Shown here: in pieces, positions 6,924-15,571 of the stretch
Layout: the number at the start of each line of letters is the position of its first letter
Position numbering within the stretch: position 1 is the stretch's first letter
From: Acidimicrobiia bacterium
Lineage (GTDB): Bacteria; Actinomycetota; Acidimicrobiia; Spongiisociales; ZC4RG35
Reading direction: 5' to 3'
Assembly: GCA_040902855.1 (NCBI GenBank)
Contig: JBBDWN010000029.1
Location: 1 to 43,755, forward strand
DNA length: 43,755 bases
Notes under the pieces: model-generated
Databases searched by the model: none
The model's input: only the letters and a program-made list of their open reading frames with translations
What the model was told of the DNA's origin: nothing
Program-made: the position numbers and the translations under genes

Positions 6924-7484
6924 TCAGCCGCCGATCGCCCGGCTCAACTCCACGGCGGTGACGCCACCCGCCTTCGACCAGCGAATCGCCCCCTGGGCAT
7001 CGATGACAACGGTGAACGGCATCCCCACCGACGGATAGCGATCTCTGATGCGGCCCGTGGCGTCCATCCCGACGAGATAGCGCGGCTGAAGGTCGTCCGC
7101 CATCGCCTGGGCTTCGGAGGCGGATACGTCGACAGAGACACCGATGACGACATGGTCCGGGTTGGCGTCTGCGAAAGCCGAGAGTTCGGGAATCTCGTCC
7201 CGACAGGGGATGCACCAGCTCGCCCAGAGGTTCAGTACCACCGGCCGGCCATCCTCCGCCAGATGCTCGGAAAGCCGCCACTCGGAGCCGTCGAACGCGG
7301 CCAACACCACCTCTGGCGCCACTCCGGTGAGGCTTCCCCCGGACCCTTCGTCGCCCGGATCACCGAGTGCCTGGGCCACGAGGAGACCGATGGCGACGAC
7401 GACTACGAACACGAGTGTCAGGCGACCGCGCGCCGGCTGGAGCGGAGCCACCGGTTCGTGGAACAGTCGATCGGGGGTTGTCAT
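6924..7484 (-). CDS. TlpA/ResA family membrane-anchored thiol-disulfide oxidoreductase
   Basis: TM helix, VVLNLWASWCIPCRDEIP (CxxC) and the GMPFT cis-Pro motif. Confidence 0.9.
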   Translation of the reverse strand: MTTPDRLFHEPVAPLQPARGRLTLVFVVVVAIGLLVAQALGDPGDEGSGGSLTGVAPEVVLAAFDGSEWRLSEHLAEDGRPVVLNLWASWCIPCRDEIPELSAFADANPDHVVIGVSVDVSASEAQAMADDLQPRYLVGMDATGRIRDRYPSVGMPFTVVIDAQGAIRWSKAGGVTAVELSRAIGG

Positions 7485-7525
7485 TGCCGGATAGGGTATT
7501 GGATGCCGGGTGAAAGAGGTTCGAT

Positions 7526-8137
7526 ATGGCGTTCTTCAAAGGGCGGGGTTCTGATCTGGAGGCGGAGGGCATCGAGGCCTCGCGCGTACCGCCTGGCCAG
7601 TACCTCACGGATCGCTTCCCGGTGCTCCAAGCCGGGTCGGTGCCGCGCGTCGATCTGACATTGTGGGACTTCACCGTGGAGGGACTCGTCGATCGGGAAG
7701 CGACGCTCACCCTCGACGAGATCAAAGCGATGCCGACCACCGACAAGGTCACCGACATTCACTGCGTGACCAAGTGGTCGAAGCTGGACACTGTCTGGCA
7801 CGGAGTCGAAGTGCCGGAGTTCATGTCCGGATTCGAGTTGGCTCCGAGCGCCAGCCACGTACTCGTGTGGGCAGAGCACGGTTTCACCGCCAATCTGCCG
7901 TTGGAAGACTTCCTTCGACCCGACAACCTCCTGGCATGGAAGTTCGGTGGCGAAGATCTCGATCCCGACCACGGATGGCCCTTGCGTCTCGTCGTGCCGC
8001 ATCTCTATTTCTGGAAGTCGGTCAAGTGGGTGCGCGGTTTTCGTTTCCTTGATCATGACGAGCCGGGCTTCTGGGAGCGAAACGGGTATCACATGTATGG
8101 CGACCCGTTTCGCGAACAGCGGTACTGGGGAGATTGA
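7526..8137 (+). CDS. Sulfite oxidase-like molybdopterin-dependent oxidoreductase (YuiH-like)
   Basis: RVPPGQY, DIHCVTKWS (Mo-ligating Cys), HGWPLRLVVPHLYFWKSVKW, GFWERNGYH. Confidence 0.9.
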   Translation: MAFFKGRGSDLEAEGIEASRVPPGQYLTDRFPVLQAGSVPRVDLTLWDFTVEGLVDREATLTLDEIKAMPTTDKVTDIHCVTKWSKLDTVWHGVEVPEFMSGFELAPSASHVLVWAEHGFTANLPLEDFLRPDNLLAWKFGGEDLDPDHGWPLRLVVPHLYFWKSVKWVRGFRFLDHDEPGFWERNGYHMYGDPFREQRYWGD

Positions 8138-8143
8138 GCCGGC

Positions 8144-9439
8144 TTGGACTGGTTCGCCCGTTGGGCGCGCGATCGACCGGATGCTCCGTTTCTCATCGAC
8201 GGCCCGGAGGTCCTCGACTACGCGGCTGCCTTGGCGCGGATTTCCGGGATCGCCGGCGGATTGCGAGGTCGGTACTCGCATGGCGCTCGGCTCGGGGTCG
8301 TCATGCGACCGGACATCCCCCACTTGGTGGTGGCCATGGCGGTGCCTCTTGCCGGCATGGTGCTCGTACCTCTCCCCGTCGCGGGGAGCGATGACGAGCG
8401 GCGTCGGTTGGCCGACTTGGCCGGCGTGGACGACGTCGTGGGACCCGGCGACACGGAGGACGGCTCACCGCTGCCGGCCGTTCCCGACGAGTCGGTCACT
8501 GCCGCTGCGATCTTCACCTCGGGCACAAGCGGAGGGCCGAGGGCGGTTCGGTTGACGTGGTCGAACATCGAAGCCAGTTCGGCGGCATCGGCGAGCCATA
8601 TCGATCATCGGTCGGACGACCGATGGCTCGCGGTGCTACCTCTCCATCACGTCGGGGGGCTGTCGATACTGTGGCGTTCGGCCCGGCAGGGCTCGGCAGC
8701 GGTGCTGGCAGGAAGATTCGACGCTGCGACAGTGGCGGGGCTGCTCGCGGCCGGGGCAGTCACTTTGGGATCCTTCGTGTCGCCGATGTTGGAGCGACTT
8801 GCCGACACCGGTCTCGAGCGTGTACCAGGGTTCCGGTTGGGCCTCGTCGGAGGAGGACCGGCCTCTGAACGCGCGCTCTCGGTGGGGGGCATGCGGCTGC
8901 TCGCAACCTACGGAATGACGGAGACAGCATCACAGGTGGCGACTGCGGATCCTGCCGAGCCAAGGTCCGATCGTCTCGTCGTCCTCGAGGGAGCGCGAGT
9001 GACGATCTCAGGCGACGGGCGCATCGTCGTCGACGGTCCGATGGTTTCGCCCGGCGATCTGGACGCCCCGGACCGGGGTGGTCCACTGCTCACAGGCGAT
9101 CTCGGGCGCTTCCACGGGAACAGGTTGGAGGTCATGGGCAGGGCAGACGACGTGATCGTGACCGGGGGAGAGAACGTGATGCCTGAGCGAGTCGAGCGCA
9201 TCGCGGCCACCCTGTCCGGGGCGGGCGAGGTGGCGGTGGTCGGCTTGACGGACGATCGATGGGGGATGATCGTCGCGGCCGCATTCACAGGACCGGCAGA
9301 GCCGGATGAGCTGCAAGATGCCCTTCAGGGTCATCTTGCGCCGCATGAGATTCCGCGTCGTTGGGTACGCGTCACGGCGATTCCCAAGCGCGGGATCGGA
9401 AAGGTCGACCGACAGGCAGTGGGCGCGCTGTTCGATTGA
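8144..9439 (+). CDS. menE: AMP-binding enzyme, o-succinylbenzoate-CoA ligase-like
   Basis: FTSGTSGGPRAV P-loop, WLAVLPLHHVGGLSILWRS, TYGMTETASQ, GRADDVIVTGGENV. Confidence 0.7.
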   Translation: MDWFARWARDRPDAPFLIDGPEVLDYAAALARISGIAGGLRGRYSHGARLGVVMRPDIPHLVVAMAVPLAGMVLVPLPVAGSDDERRRLADLAGVDDVVGPGDTEDGSPLPAVPDESVTAAAIFTSGTSGGPRAVRLTWSNIEASSAASASHIDHRSDDRWLAVLPLHHVGGLSILWRSARQGSAAVLAGRFDAATVAGLLAAGAVTLGSFVSPMLERLADTGLERVPGFRLGLVGGGPASERALSVGGMRLLATYGMTETASQVATADPAEPRSDRLVVLEGARVTISGDGRIVVDGPMVSPGDLDAPDRGGPLLTGDLGRFHGNRLEVMGRADDVIVTGGENVMPERVERIAATLSGAGEVAVVGLTDDRWGMIVAAAFTGPAEPDELQDALQGHLAPHEIPRRWVRVTAIPKRGIGKVDRQAVGALFD

Positions 9440-9865
9440 TCACTCGATGCGCGGTGCCCTCCGCTTGTCCTTCTTCTCGCTGAGGGCACGCTTGTCCTCG
9501 AGTCGTTTGCGCTTTGAGGCGCGGGTCGGCTTGGTCGGCCGCCGCTTCCTCGGCTGCTTCATCGACTCGGTCAGAAGTTCACGGAGCCGAGCGCGAGCGA
9601 GCATCCGGTTGCGGAATTGGGAACGGCTCTCGGCGACAGACACGACGATCGGGTCCGACCCGATCTTCCGGGTGAGTCGTTGATGGATCTCGGGCGGGAA
9701 CGCCTCGGACGAGGCGAGGTCGAATATCAGGTCGGCCCGGGTGTTCGACCGGTTGGCGTGCTGGCCGCCCGGGCCCCCTGACGTCGAAAACCGCCATTCG
9801 AGTTCGGCGGACGGGATCATCCATTCCCCGACCTCGAGGTCGTCGTCCGGTGCCGGGCCAGCCAT
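9440..9865 (-). CDS. arfB: Alternative ribosome rescue peptidyl-tRNA hydrolase ArfB
   Basis: SGGPGGQHAN (GGQ), RSQFRNR and a basic C-tail RRPTKPTRASKRKRLEDK. Confidence 0.93.
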   Translation of the reverse strand: MAGPAPDDDLEVGEWMIPSAELEWRFSTSGGPGGQHANRSNTRADLIFDLASSEAFPPEIHQRLTRKIGSDPIVVSVAESRSQFRNRMLARARLRELLTESMKQPRKRRPTKPTRASKRKRLEDKRALSEKKDKRRAPRIE

Positions 9866-9869
9866 CCGG

Positions 9870-11186
9870 TCAGTCCGCGTAGTACTCGTCGCCGAGGTGG
9901 GTGATCAGATCTTCGCCCATCCACGAACGGAGTGTGTTCTTCAGCTTCTTCTGCTGGATGAAGATGTCGTGCTCCGGGTACAGGCCGGGGGCCGTCTGCG
10001 GGCTCTTGAAGTAGAAGGAGAGCCACTCTTGGATGCCGCTCTTGCCCGCTCGGGAGGCGAGATCGAGGAAAAGCGCCAGGTCCAGGACGAGCGGCGCGGC
10101 CAGGATCGAGTCTTTGCACAGGAAGTCGACCTTGATCTGCATCTTGTAGCCGAGCCATCCGAAGATGTCGATGGCGTCCCAGCCTTCCTTGTCGTCGCCG
10201 CGCGGCGGGTAGTAGTTGATCCTGACCTTGTGATAGAGGTCGCCGTACAGCTCCGGGTTGATGTCCGGCTGCAGGATCGTCTCGAGAACGCCGAGCTTCG
10301 AGACCTCCTTCGACTTGAAGTTCTCCGGCGCGTCCAGTACCTCGCCGTCGCGATTGCCGAGGATGTTCGTGGAGAACCACCCATGGATTCCCAGACTGCG
10401 TGTCTTGAGACCCGGGGCGAGGATGGTCTTCATCAATGTCTGGCCGGTCTTGAAGTCCTTCCCGCATATCGGCACCCGCTCACGCATTGCCAGTTCGACC
10501 ATCGCAGGGAAGTCGACGGTGAGGTTGGGAGCTCCGTTGGCGAACGGCACGCCCGTCGTGAGGGCGGCGTAGGCATACAGCTGTGACGGAGCGATCGCTG
10601 GATCGTTGTTGCGGAGTCCCTCCTCGAAGGCGTCGAGTGTCTGGTGGACCTCGGACTGCTCCTGGTACGCCTCGGTCGAACCGCACCACACCATGACGAG
10701 ACGCTCACAGTCGTTGGCCTGGCGGAACCCCTCGATATCTTCCACGATCCTCTCGACCGCTTCGAGATGGGAGCCGTAGCTGGCGACGTGATCGGTGTTC
10801 TCGAGGCGCGTGACCCAGCTCGGATCGAAGATTGCTTTCATCGGCGTGATCAGCCGCATCTCGTCACCGACCGACTCGAGCAGGCTCGCCTCCAACACGC
10901 CCGCCCGCATCGCAGCGGAGTAGGCATCCTCGGAGTAGGGGTCCCAGCCGCCGAAGACCAGATCGTCCATCGGGGTGAGTGGAACGAAGTCCCGAACCAG
11001 GGGCGAACGGTTCTCGGTCCGCCTGCCGAGCCGGATGTGTCCCATCTGTGTCATCGAGCCGATCGGGAGGGAAATCCCCTTGCGGGTGGCCATCACCCCG
11101 GCGATGAGCGTGGTCGCAACCGCCCCCATGCCGGGTAGGAGGACGCCGAGGCGGCCGGTAGCGGGCGGGATGGGGGATGCGGACAC
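9870..11186 (-). CDS. ino1: Inositol-3-phosphate synthase
   Basis: GMGAVATT, VWCGSTE, NGAPN, GKDFKTGQT, NILGNRDG, DSILAAPLVLDL, LSFYFKSP. Start GTG 11186 with a CAGGAG RBS. Confidence 0.93.
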   Translation of the reverse strand: MSASPIPPATGRLGVLLPGMGAVATTLIAGVMATRKGISLPIGSMTQMGHIRLGRRTENRSPLVRDFVPLTPMDDLVFGGWDPYSEDAYSAAMRAGVLEASLLESVGDEMRLITPMKAIFDPSWVTRLENTDHVASYGSHLEAVERIVEDIEGFRQANDCERLVMVWCGSTEAYQEQSEVHQTLDAFEEGLRNNDPAIAPSQLYAYAALTTGVPFANGAPNLTVDFPAMVELAMRERVPICGKDFKTGQTLMKTILAPGLKTRSLGIHGWFSTNILGNRDGEVLDAPENFKSKEVSKLGVLETILQPDINPELYGDLYHKVRINYYPPRGDDKEGWDAIDIFGWLGYKMQIKVDFLCKDSILAAPLVLDLALFLDLASRAGKSGIQEWLSFYFKSPQTAPGLYPEHDIFIQQKKLKNTLRSWMGEDLITHLGDEYYAD

Positions 11187-11273
11187 TGCTCTGCTCCTGG
11201 ATCGATGAGGGGACCGGAACGATATACCCGCTCGGCTCCGGCACCGAAAGACGGTGCGGGTACCATCGCCCAT

Positions 11274-11711
11274 GTGACGACAGAAGAAGTAAGGCCAACC
11301 GTCGATTTCGCGCTGCTGGCGGACGCCGTTCAGGTCGTGCAGGGCAAGCTCTACGTTCTCGGCGGAGGCTGGGACACCCTGTTCGTCACCGACTTTCCCG
11401 CCCGCTATCCGTCGCTTGGTCTGGGCTTGCGGGTGAGAGTCCCGTGGAGCTGGACCGATCAGGTGCTCGTCATCGGGGTCGATCTCCAGGACGAAGACGG
11501 AGGACGAGTGCTCCCGACGCCACCCGTCGCCCAGGGTGTCAAGGTGGCGCGGCCACAGGGGATCCCCGAAGGAAGCGACGTCGGTGTCGCCCGGTCGTTC
11601 ACCTTCAACAACATCTCTTTTCCGGCGGCCGGGGCCTACTCGTTCGTCGTTCTCTTGAACAACGAAGTGGCGACCCGGCTGCGGTTTTCGGTGCGTCCGA
11701 GACCATCTTGA
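11274..11711 (+). CDS. DUF6941-like beta-rich hypothetical protein
   Basis: DFALLADAVQVVQGKLYVLGGGWD N-terminal motif and FPAAGAYSFVV. TACCAT -10 lies 7 nt before GTG 11274 (leaderless). Confidence 0.7.
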   Translation: MTTEEVRPTVDFALLADAVQVVQGKLYVLGGGWDTLFVTDFPARYPSLGLGLRVRVPWSWTDQVLVIGVDLQDEDGGRVLPTPPVAQGVKVARPQGIPEGSDVGVARSFTFNNISFPAAGAYSFVVLLNNEVATRLRFSVRPRPS

Positions 11712-12331
11712 GTCCTGTGGCCGAACGGCTGCGGATGTTCCCGCTGGGTACGGTCATCTTCCCGTACAGCGGCGTCCCGCTGAGGGTGTTCGAACCGCGG
11801 TACCAGGCCTTGCTCGATGATGTGCTCTCCGAGGAGTGCAGCTTCGGGTCCGTTCTCATAGAGCGCGGTTTCGAAGTCGGGGGCGGGGACGTACGGTCAT
11901 CGATCGGGACTCGGCTAAGGGTTTTGGCCCACCAGGATCTCTCCGACGGCCATCGGGCGATCGTCGTGGCCGGAGTCGAGCGGATCCGGGTGCTCGAGTG
12001 GCTGGAGGACGCACCGCACCCGTGGGCGATGGTGGAGCGGATGGACGACCCGATCGAAGATGTTTCCGATCTCCGCGGCGAGGTGTGCGGACGTCTCGAA
12101 CGGATGCTGGCGATGGCATCGGAGTTGGGTGCCGATACCGCCGACGTCGACCTCGATGTCGGCGGCGATCCGGTGGCCGTCTCCTATCAGCTCGCGTCGT
12201 TGATACCGGTGACACCCCTCGACTCGTACGTTCTGCTCGGAGCCACCGGACCGCGGGAACGGATGCGACGTGCGATCGAGATGCTGGACGACCAGATCGA
12301 GCTGATCCGTCTCCAACTCGGGGGATCGTGA
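11708..12331 (+). CDS. Lon peptidase substrate-binding (LON N-domain) protein
   Basis: MFPLGTVIFP..VPLRVFEPRYQ, FGSVLIERGFEVGGG. Start is TTG 11708, GTG 11717 or ATG 11735. Confidence 0.88.
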   Translation: MSPVAERLRMFPLGTVIFPYSGVPLRVFEPRYQALLDDVLSEECSFGSVLIERGFEVGGGDVRSSIGTRLRVLAHQDLSDGHRAIVVAGVERIRVLEWLEDAPHPWAMVERMDDPIEDVSDLRGEVCGRLERMLAMASELGADTADVDLDVGGDPVAVSYQLASLIPVTPLDSYVLLGATGPRERMRRAIEMLDDQIELIRLQLGGS

Positions 12332-12942
12332 GCATCGAGGCCGTCATCTTCGATCTTGGCGGGGTGATCCTCGATTCGCCGCTCGACGCAATCGCCGCCT
12401 TCGAACAGCGTCACTCGATCCGCCCTGGGTCGATCAACCGACATGTCCTTGCCTCGGGAAGCGGCGGTGCCTGGGCGCGTCACGAGCGGGGCGAGCTAGG
12501 CCACGCGGAGTTCCTCGCGGTGTTTCGCGCCGAGTTCGAGAGCGCCGGAATCGATGTGGACACTGCGGAGTTGATGGCGGATATCGATGCCTCCATTCGA
12601 GTCCGACCTGAGATGCTCCAGGCCGTGGACCGGCTCCGGAAGCGAGGGGTCAGGGCGGCGGCGCTGACGAACAACTGGACTCCCTTCGGCCCCGACGGTC
12701 TCGCTGCGCACTTCGACGTCGTGGTCGAGTCGGTCGTCGAGGGAACGCGGAAGCCGGAGAGCCGGATCTATGAGATCTGCATCGAACGTCTCGGCGTGGC
12801 GCCCGCTGCATGTGTGATGCTGGACGATCTCGGTCCCAACCTGAAGCCCGCCCTGGCGATGGGTATGCGGACGGTGAAGGTCACGTCCGCTGCCCAGGCC
12901 CTTGCAGAACTCGAAGCGATCTTTGGGCCTCTCAAGTCCTGA
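12328..12942 (+). CDS. HAD family phosphatase (epoxide hydrolase N-terminal-like)
   Basis: AVIFDLGGV, LTNNW, RKPESRIY, LDDLGPNLKPA. GTGA overlap with the upstream stop. Confidence 0.9.
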   Translation: MSIEAVIFDLGGVILDSPLDAIAAFEQRHSIRPGSINRHVLASGSGGAWARHERGELGHAEFLAVFRAEFESAGIDVDTAELMADIDASIRVRPEMLQAVDRLRKRGVRAAALTNNWTPFGPDGLAAHFDVVVESVVEGTRKPESRIYEICIERLGVAPAACVMLDDLGPNLKPALAMGMRTVKVTSAAQALAELEAIFGPLKS

Positions 12943-12977
12943 ATGGATCCGATCGATACGAGTGTCCTGACCCGGTT

Positions 12978-13006
12978 TTGACGTTGGACCGACCGTCGGC
13001 CAGGAT
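12978..13006 (+). promoter_or_regulatory. Candidate promoter for the M23 peptidase gene
   Basis: TTGACG (12978-12983), 17-nt spacer, CAGGAT (13001-13006). Confidence 0.35.
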
Positions 13007-13032
13007 TCACGGGCTCCCCACCGAGGTCTTCG

Positions 13033-13653
13033 ATGATTCGCCGCGCGCTCGCCCTCACCGTCGCCGTCTCCGCTCTGCTTCCCCTGCCTGCCTTGGGCAT
13101 GCCCGATGCCAACGTGCCTGAGGTCATCGCCGAACAACCCGTCGAACGTCTCCACATGACGTTCCCACAAGATCCGGAGACGACCTGGTTCCTCGACACG
13201 TTCGGTGCCGGCCGAGCCGGCCACGTTCACCTCGGTGTGGACCTCCACGCGCCCAAGGGTTCGCCTGTGTTCGCCGTCGCTCCCGGAGTCGTGACCCGCA
13301 TGTCGATCAGCCCCAGGGCGGGGGCATACATCGTCGTCGATCATGGACCCGGATGGACGTCGTGGTACATGCACCTCGACACCGACGAGCCGGGCACCGA
13401 CAACGGGCGCGGCGGCTTCGACGCAGCATTTGCCCGCGACGTCGTCCCGGGATCATTCGTCGATGCGGGCCAACTGATCGGATTCGTCGGCGATTCGGGC
13501 AACGCCGAACACACCGAGCCGCACACCCATTTCGAACTGCACCGCGACGGCCGGGCGATCGACCCGTACACGATGCTCGTCGAGGCCCACGAAAGGGCTC
13601 GCCTCGCCTTCGAGGCGGAGCGGATCGCCGACCTGACGGCCCGCATCATCTGA
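13033..13653 (+). CDS. Secreted M23 family metallopeptidase
   Basis: Signal peptide, HLGVD (HxxxD), YMHL, GDSGNA and PHTHFE (HxH). Confidence 0.9.
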   Translation: MIRRALALTVAVSALLPLPALGMPDANVPEVIAEQPVERLHMTFPQDPETTWFLDTFGAGRAGHVHLGVDLHAPKGSPVFAVAPGVVTRMSISPRAGAYIVVDHGPGWTSWYMHLDTDEPGTDNGRGGFDAAFARDVVPGSFVDAGQLIGFVGDSGNAEHTEPHTHFELHRDGRAIDPYTMLVEAHERARLAFEAERIADLTARII

Positions 13654-13665
13654 GCGCGGGAGCCG

Positions 13666-14100
13666 TCAGATCGTGGCGGCGTCGTCCAATTCCGCAACCC
13701 GCGCCGGAATGTCAGGCTCAGAGACACCGACCTTCGCCACTTCAAGTCCGGGGACAGCGATGGCGCCCTCGCCCACCCAGATGACGCGGGTGACCTGCGC
13801 ATCTCGGACAGCCTCGACCCAGCCGGCGAGGACCGCCCCGGGTGTCCTGGCGAAGGAACGTTCCCGGGCGTCGCTTGCCGCCTCGGTGACGAGCACGGCA
13901 CTGAAACAGCGAGTGCACGCTCCTCCGACATGAGACGGATCGGAGACGTCGCCCAGGGCAACCTTGACACCTTGTCCGCGTAACTCCTCGGCGACGCCGA
14001 GGTCGCTCACAAAGGCTCGTACCTCGCGGTCGGGTTCGATGAGCGCATCGACAATTGCGCGGCCGACTGCGGTGTCGGCTCCGACGACGATCACCGGCAC
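13666..14100 (-). CDS. Short NAD(P)-binding Rossmann-like (NmrA/SDR-like) protein
   Basis: VIVVGADTAVG, EVRAFV, VKVALGDVSD. Only 144 aa. Starts 7 nt after the gltD stop. Confidence 0.7.
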   Translation of the reverse strand: MPVIVVGADTAVGRAIVDALIEPDREVRAFVSDLGVAEELRGQGVKVALGDVSDPSHVGGACTRCFSAVLVTEAASDARERSFARTPGAVLAGWVEAVRDAQVTRVIWVGEGAIAVPGLEVAKVGVSEPDIPARVAELDDAATI

Positions 14101-14107
14101 GACGGAC

Positions 14108-15571
14108 TCAGCGCAGCGGAGCCGCGGTCGGGGCGATCGGGGACGGGAGGAAGGTTTCGCCCATCAGATGCCGGTCGACGGCGGCGGCAGCAGCCCTGCC
14201 CTCGGCGATCGCCCACACGATGAGCGACTGACCCCTGCCCATGTCGCCGGCGACGAACACGCCATCGACGTTCGTTCGCCACGAGTCATCCCGGTCCACG
14301 TTTCCGCGTTGGTTGAGTTCGACGCCGAATTGCTCCAGCATCGTGCTCCGTTCCGGCCCGACGAATCCCATCGCCAGGAGGACGAGGTCGGCGGGGTAAT
14401 CCTCTTCACTCCCTGGAACCTGCTCGAATGTCGGGCGGCCGTCGATGAACGTCGTCTCGACCCGGTGGGTCTTGAGTGCGGACACGCGACCTGAGCCGTC
14501 GTCGACGAATCTCTCCGTGTTGATGGAGAACTCCCGTTCCCCGCCTTCCTCATGGGCAGACGAGATTCGATATTGCAAGGGATACGTCGGCCAAGGCGTC
14601 GACGGATCTCGGCTGTCGGGTGGGCGGGGCATGATCTCGAATTGATGGACCGATGCCGCACCCTGTCGGTGGGCGGTACCCAGGCAATCGGCGCCCGTGT
14701 CCCCTCCGCCGATGATGATGACGTGCTTGCCTTCCGCCGAAATCGGCGACGACGCAAGGTCGCCCTGTTGGACGCGATTCGCCCAAGGCAGGTATTCCAT
14801 CGCCTGGTGGACCCCGGCCAGTTCACGGCCGGGGATGGGCAGGTCGCGCGGCGCGGTTGCTCCTCCGGCGAGAACGATCGCATCGAAGTCCGCCTTGAGT
14901 TGGTCGGCGGAGATGTCGACGCCTACTTCCACCGAGGTCAAGAGACGCGTGCCCTCCGCTTCCATCTGGGCGATGCGGTGGTCGAGATGGCGTTTCTCCA
15001 TCTTGAACTCGGGGATGCCGTAGCGCAGGAGTCCACCCACGCGGTCGTCCCGCTCGAAGACCGTGACATCGTGTCCTGCCCGGGTGAGTTGCTGGGCGGC
15101 AGCCAGTCCGGCCGGCCCGGAACCGACCACTCCGATCCGGTGACCGGTACGTTCGGAGGGAAGGACCGGAGTCACCCAGCCCTCGTCCCAAGCTCGGTCG
15201 ATGATCTCGACTTCGACCTGCTTGATGGCGACCGGGTCGTCGTTGATGCCGAGGACGCAGGCCGCCTCGCACGGCGCAGGGCAGAGCCGTCCGGTGAACT
15301 CGGGGAAGTTGTTGGTGGCATGGAGGCGGTCGATCGCCTCCCGCCAATGACCCCGGTACACGAGATCGTTCCAGTCCGGTATGAGGTTCCCGAGCGGACA
15401 GCCGTTGTTGCAGAACGGGATGCCGCAGTCCATGCACCGCGACGCCTGTGCGACCAGCGCGTCCGCTCCGAAGTCGAGATAGACCTCCTGCCAGTCACCG
15501 ACGCGAACATCGGCCGGGCGGCGCGTCGGAAGCTCGCGTCCGTGCTTGAGAAAGCCGCGCGGATCAGCCAT
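14108..15571 (-). CDS. gltD: Glutamate synthase small subunit
   Basis: [62 protein letters not shown]. Confidence 0.97.
   Translation of the reverse strand: MADPRGFLKHGRELPTRRPADVRVGDWQEVYLDFGADALVAQASRCMDCGIPFCNNGCPLGNLIPDWNDLVYRGHWREAIDRLHATNNFPEFTGRLCPAPCEAACVLGINDDPVAIKQVEVEIIDRAWDEGWVTPVLPSERTGHRIGVVGSGPAGLAAAQQLTRAGHDVTVFERDDRVGGLLRYGIPEFKMEKRHLDHRIAQMEAEGTRLLTSVEVGVDISADQLKADFDAIVLAGGATAPRDLPIPGRELAGVHQAMEYLPWANRVQQGDLASSPISAEGKHVIIIGGGDTGADCLGTAHRQGAASVHQFEIMPRPPDSRDPSTPWPTYPLQYRISSAHEEGGEREFSINTERFVDDGSGRVSALKTHRVETTFIDGRPTFEQVPGSEEDYPADLVLLAMGFVGPERSTMLEQFGVELNQRGNVDRDDSWRTNVDGVFVAGDMGRGQSLIVWAIAEGRAAAAAVDRHLMGETFLPSPIAPTAAPLR

Noticed and set aside
11177-12942. Long N-terminal extensions in the ORF track (11177, 11836; likewise 24636, 27789, 31870, 32114, 33634, 36788) suggesting fusions or frameshifts
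   Set aside because: The extensions are off-frame read-through of the upstream gene in high-GC DNA. Each real gene has a start codon overlapping the previous stop or a leaderless promoter.
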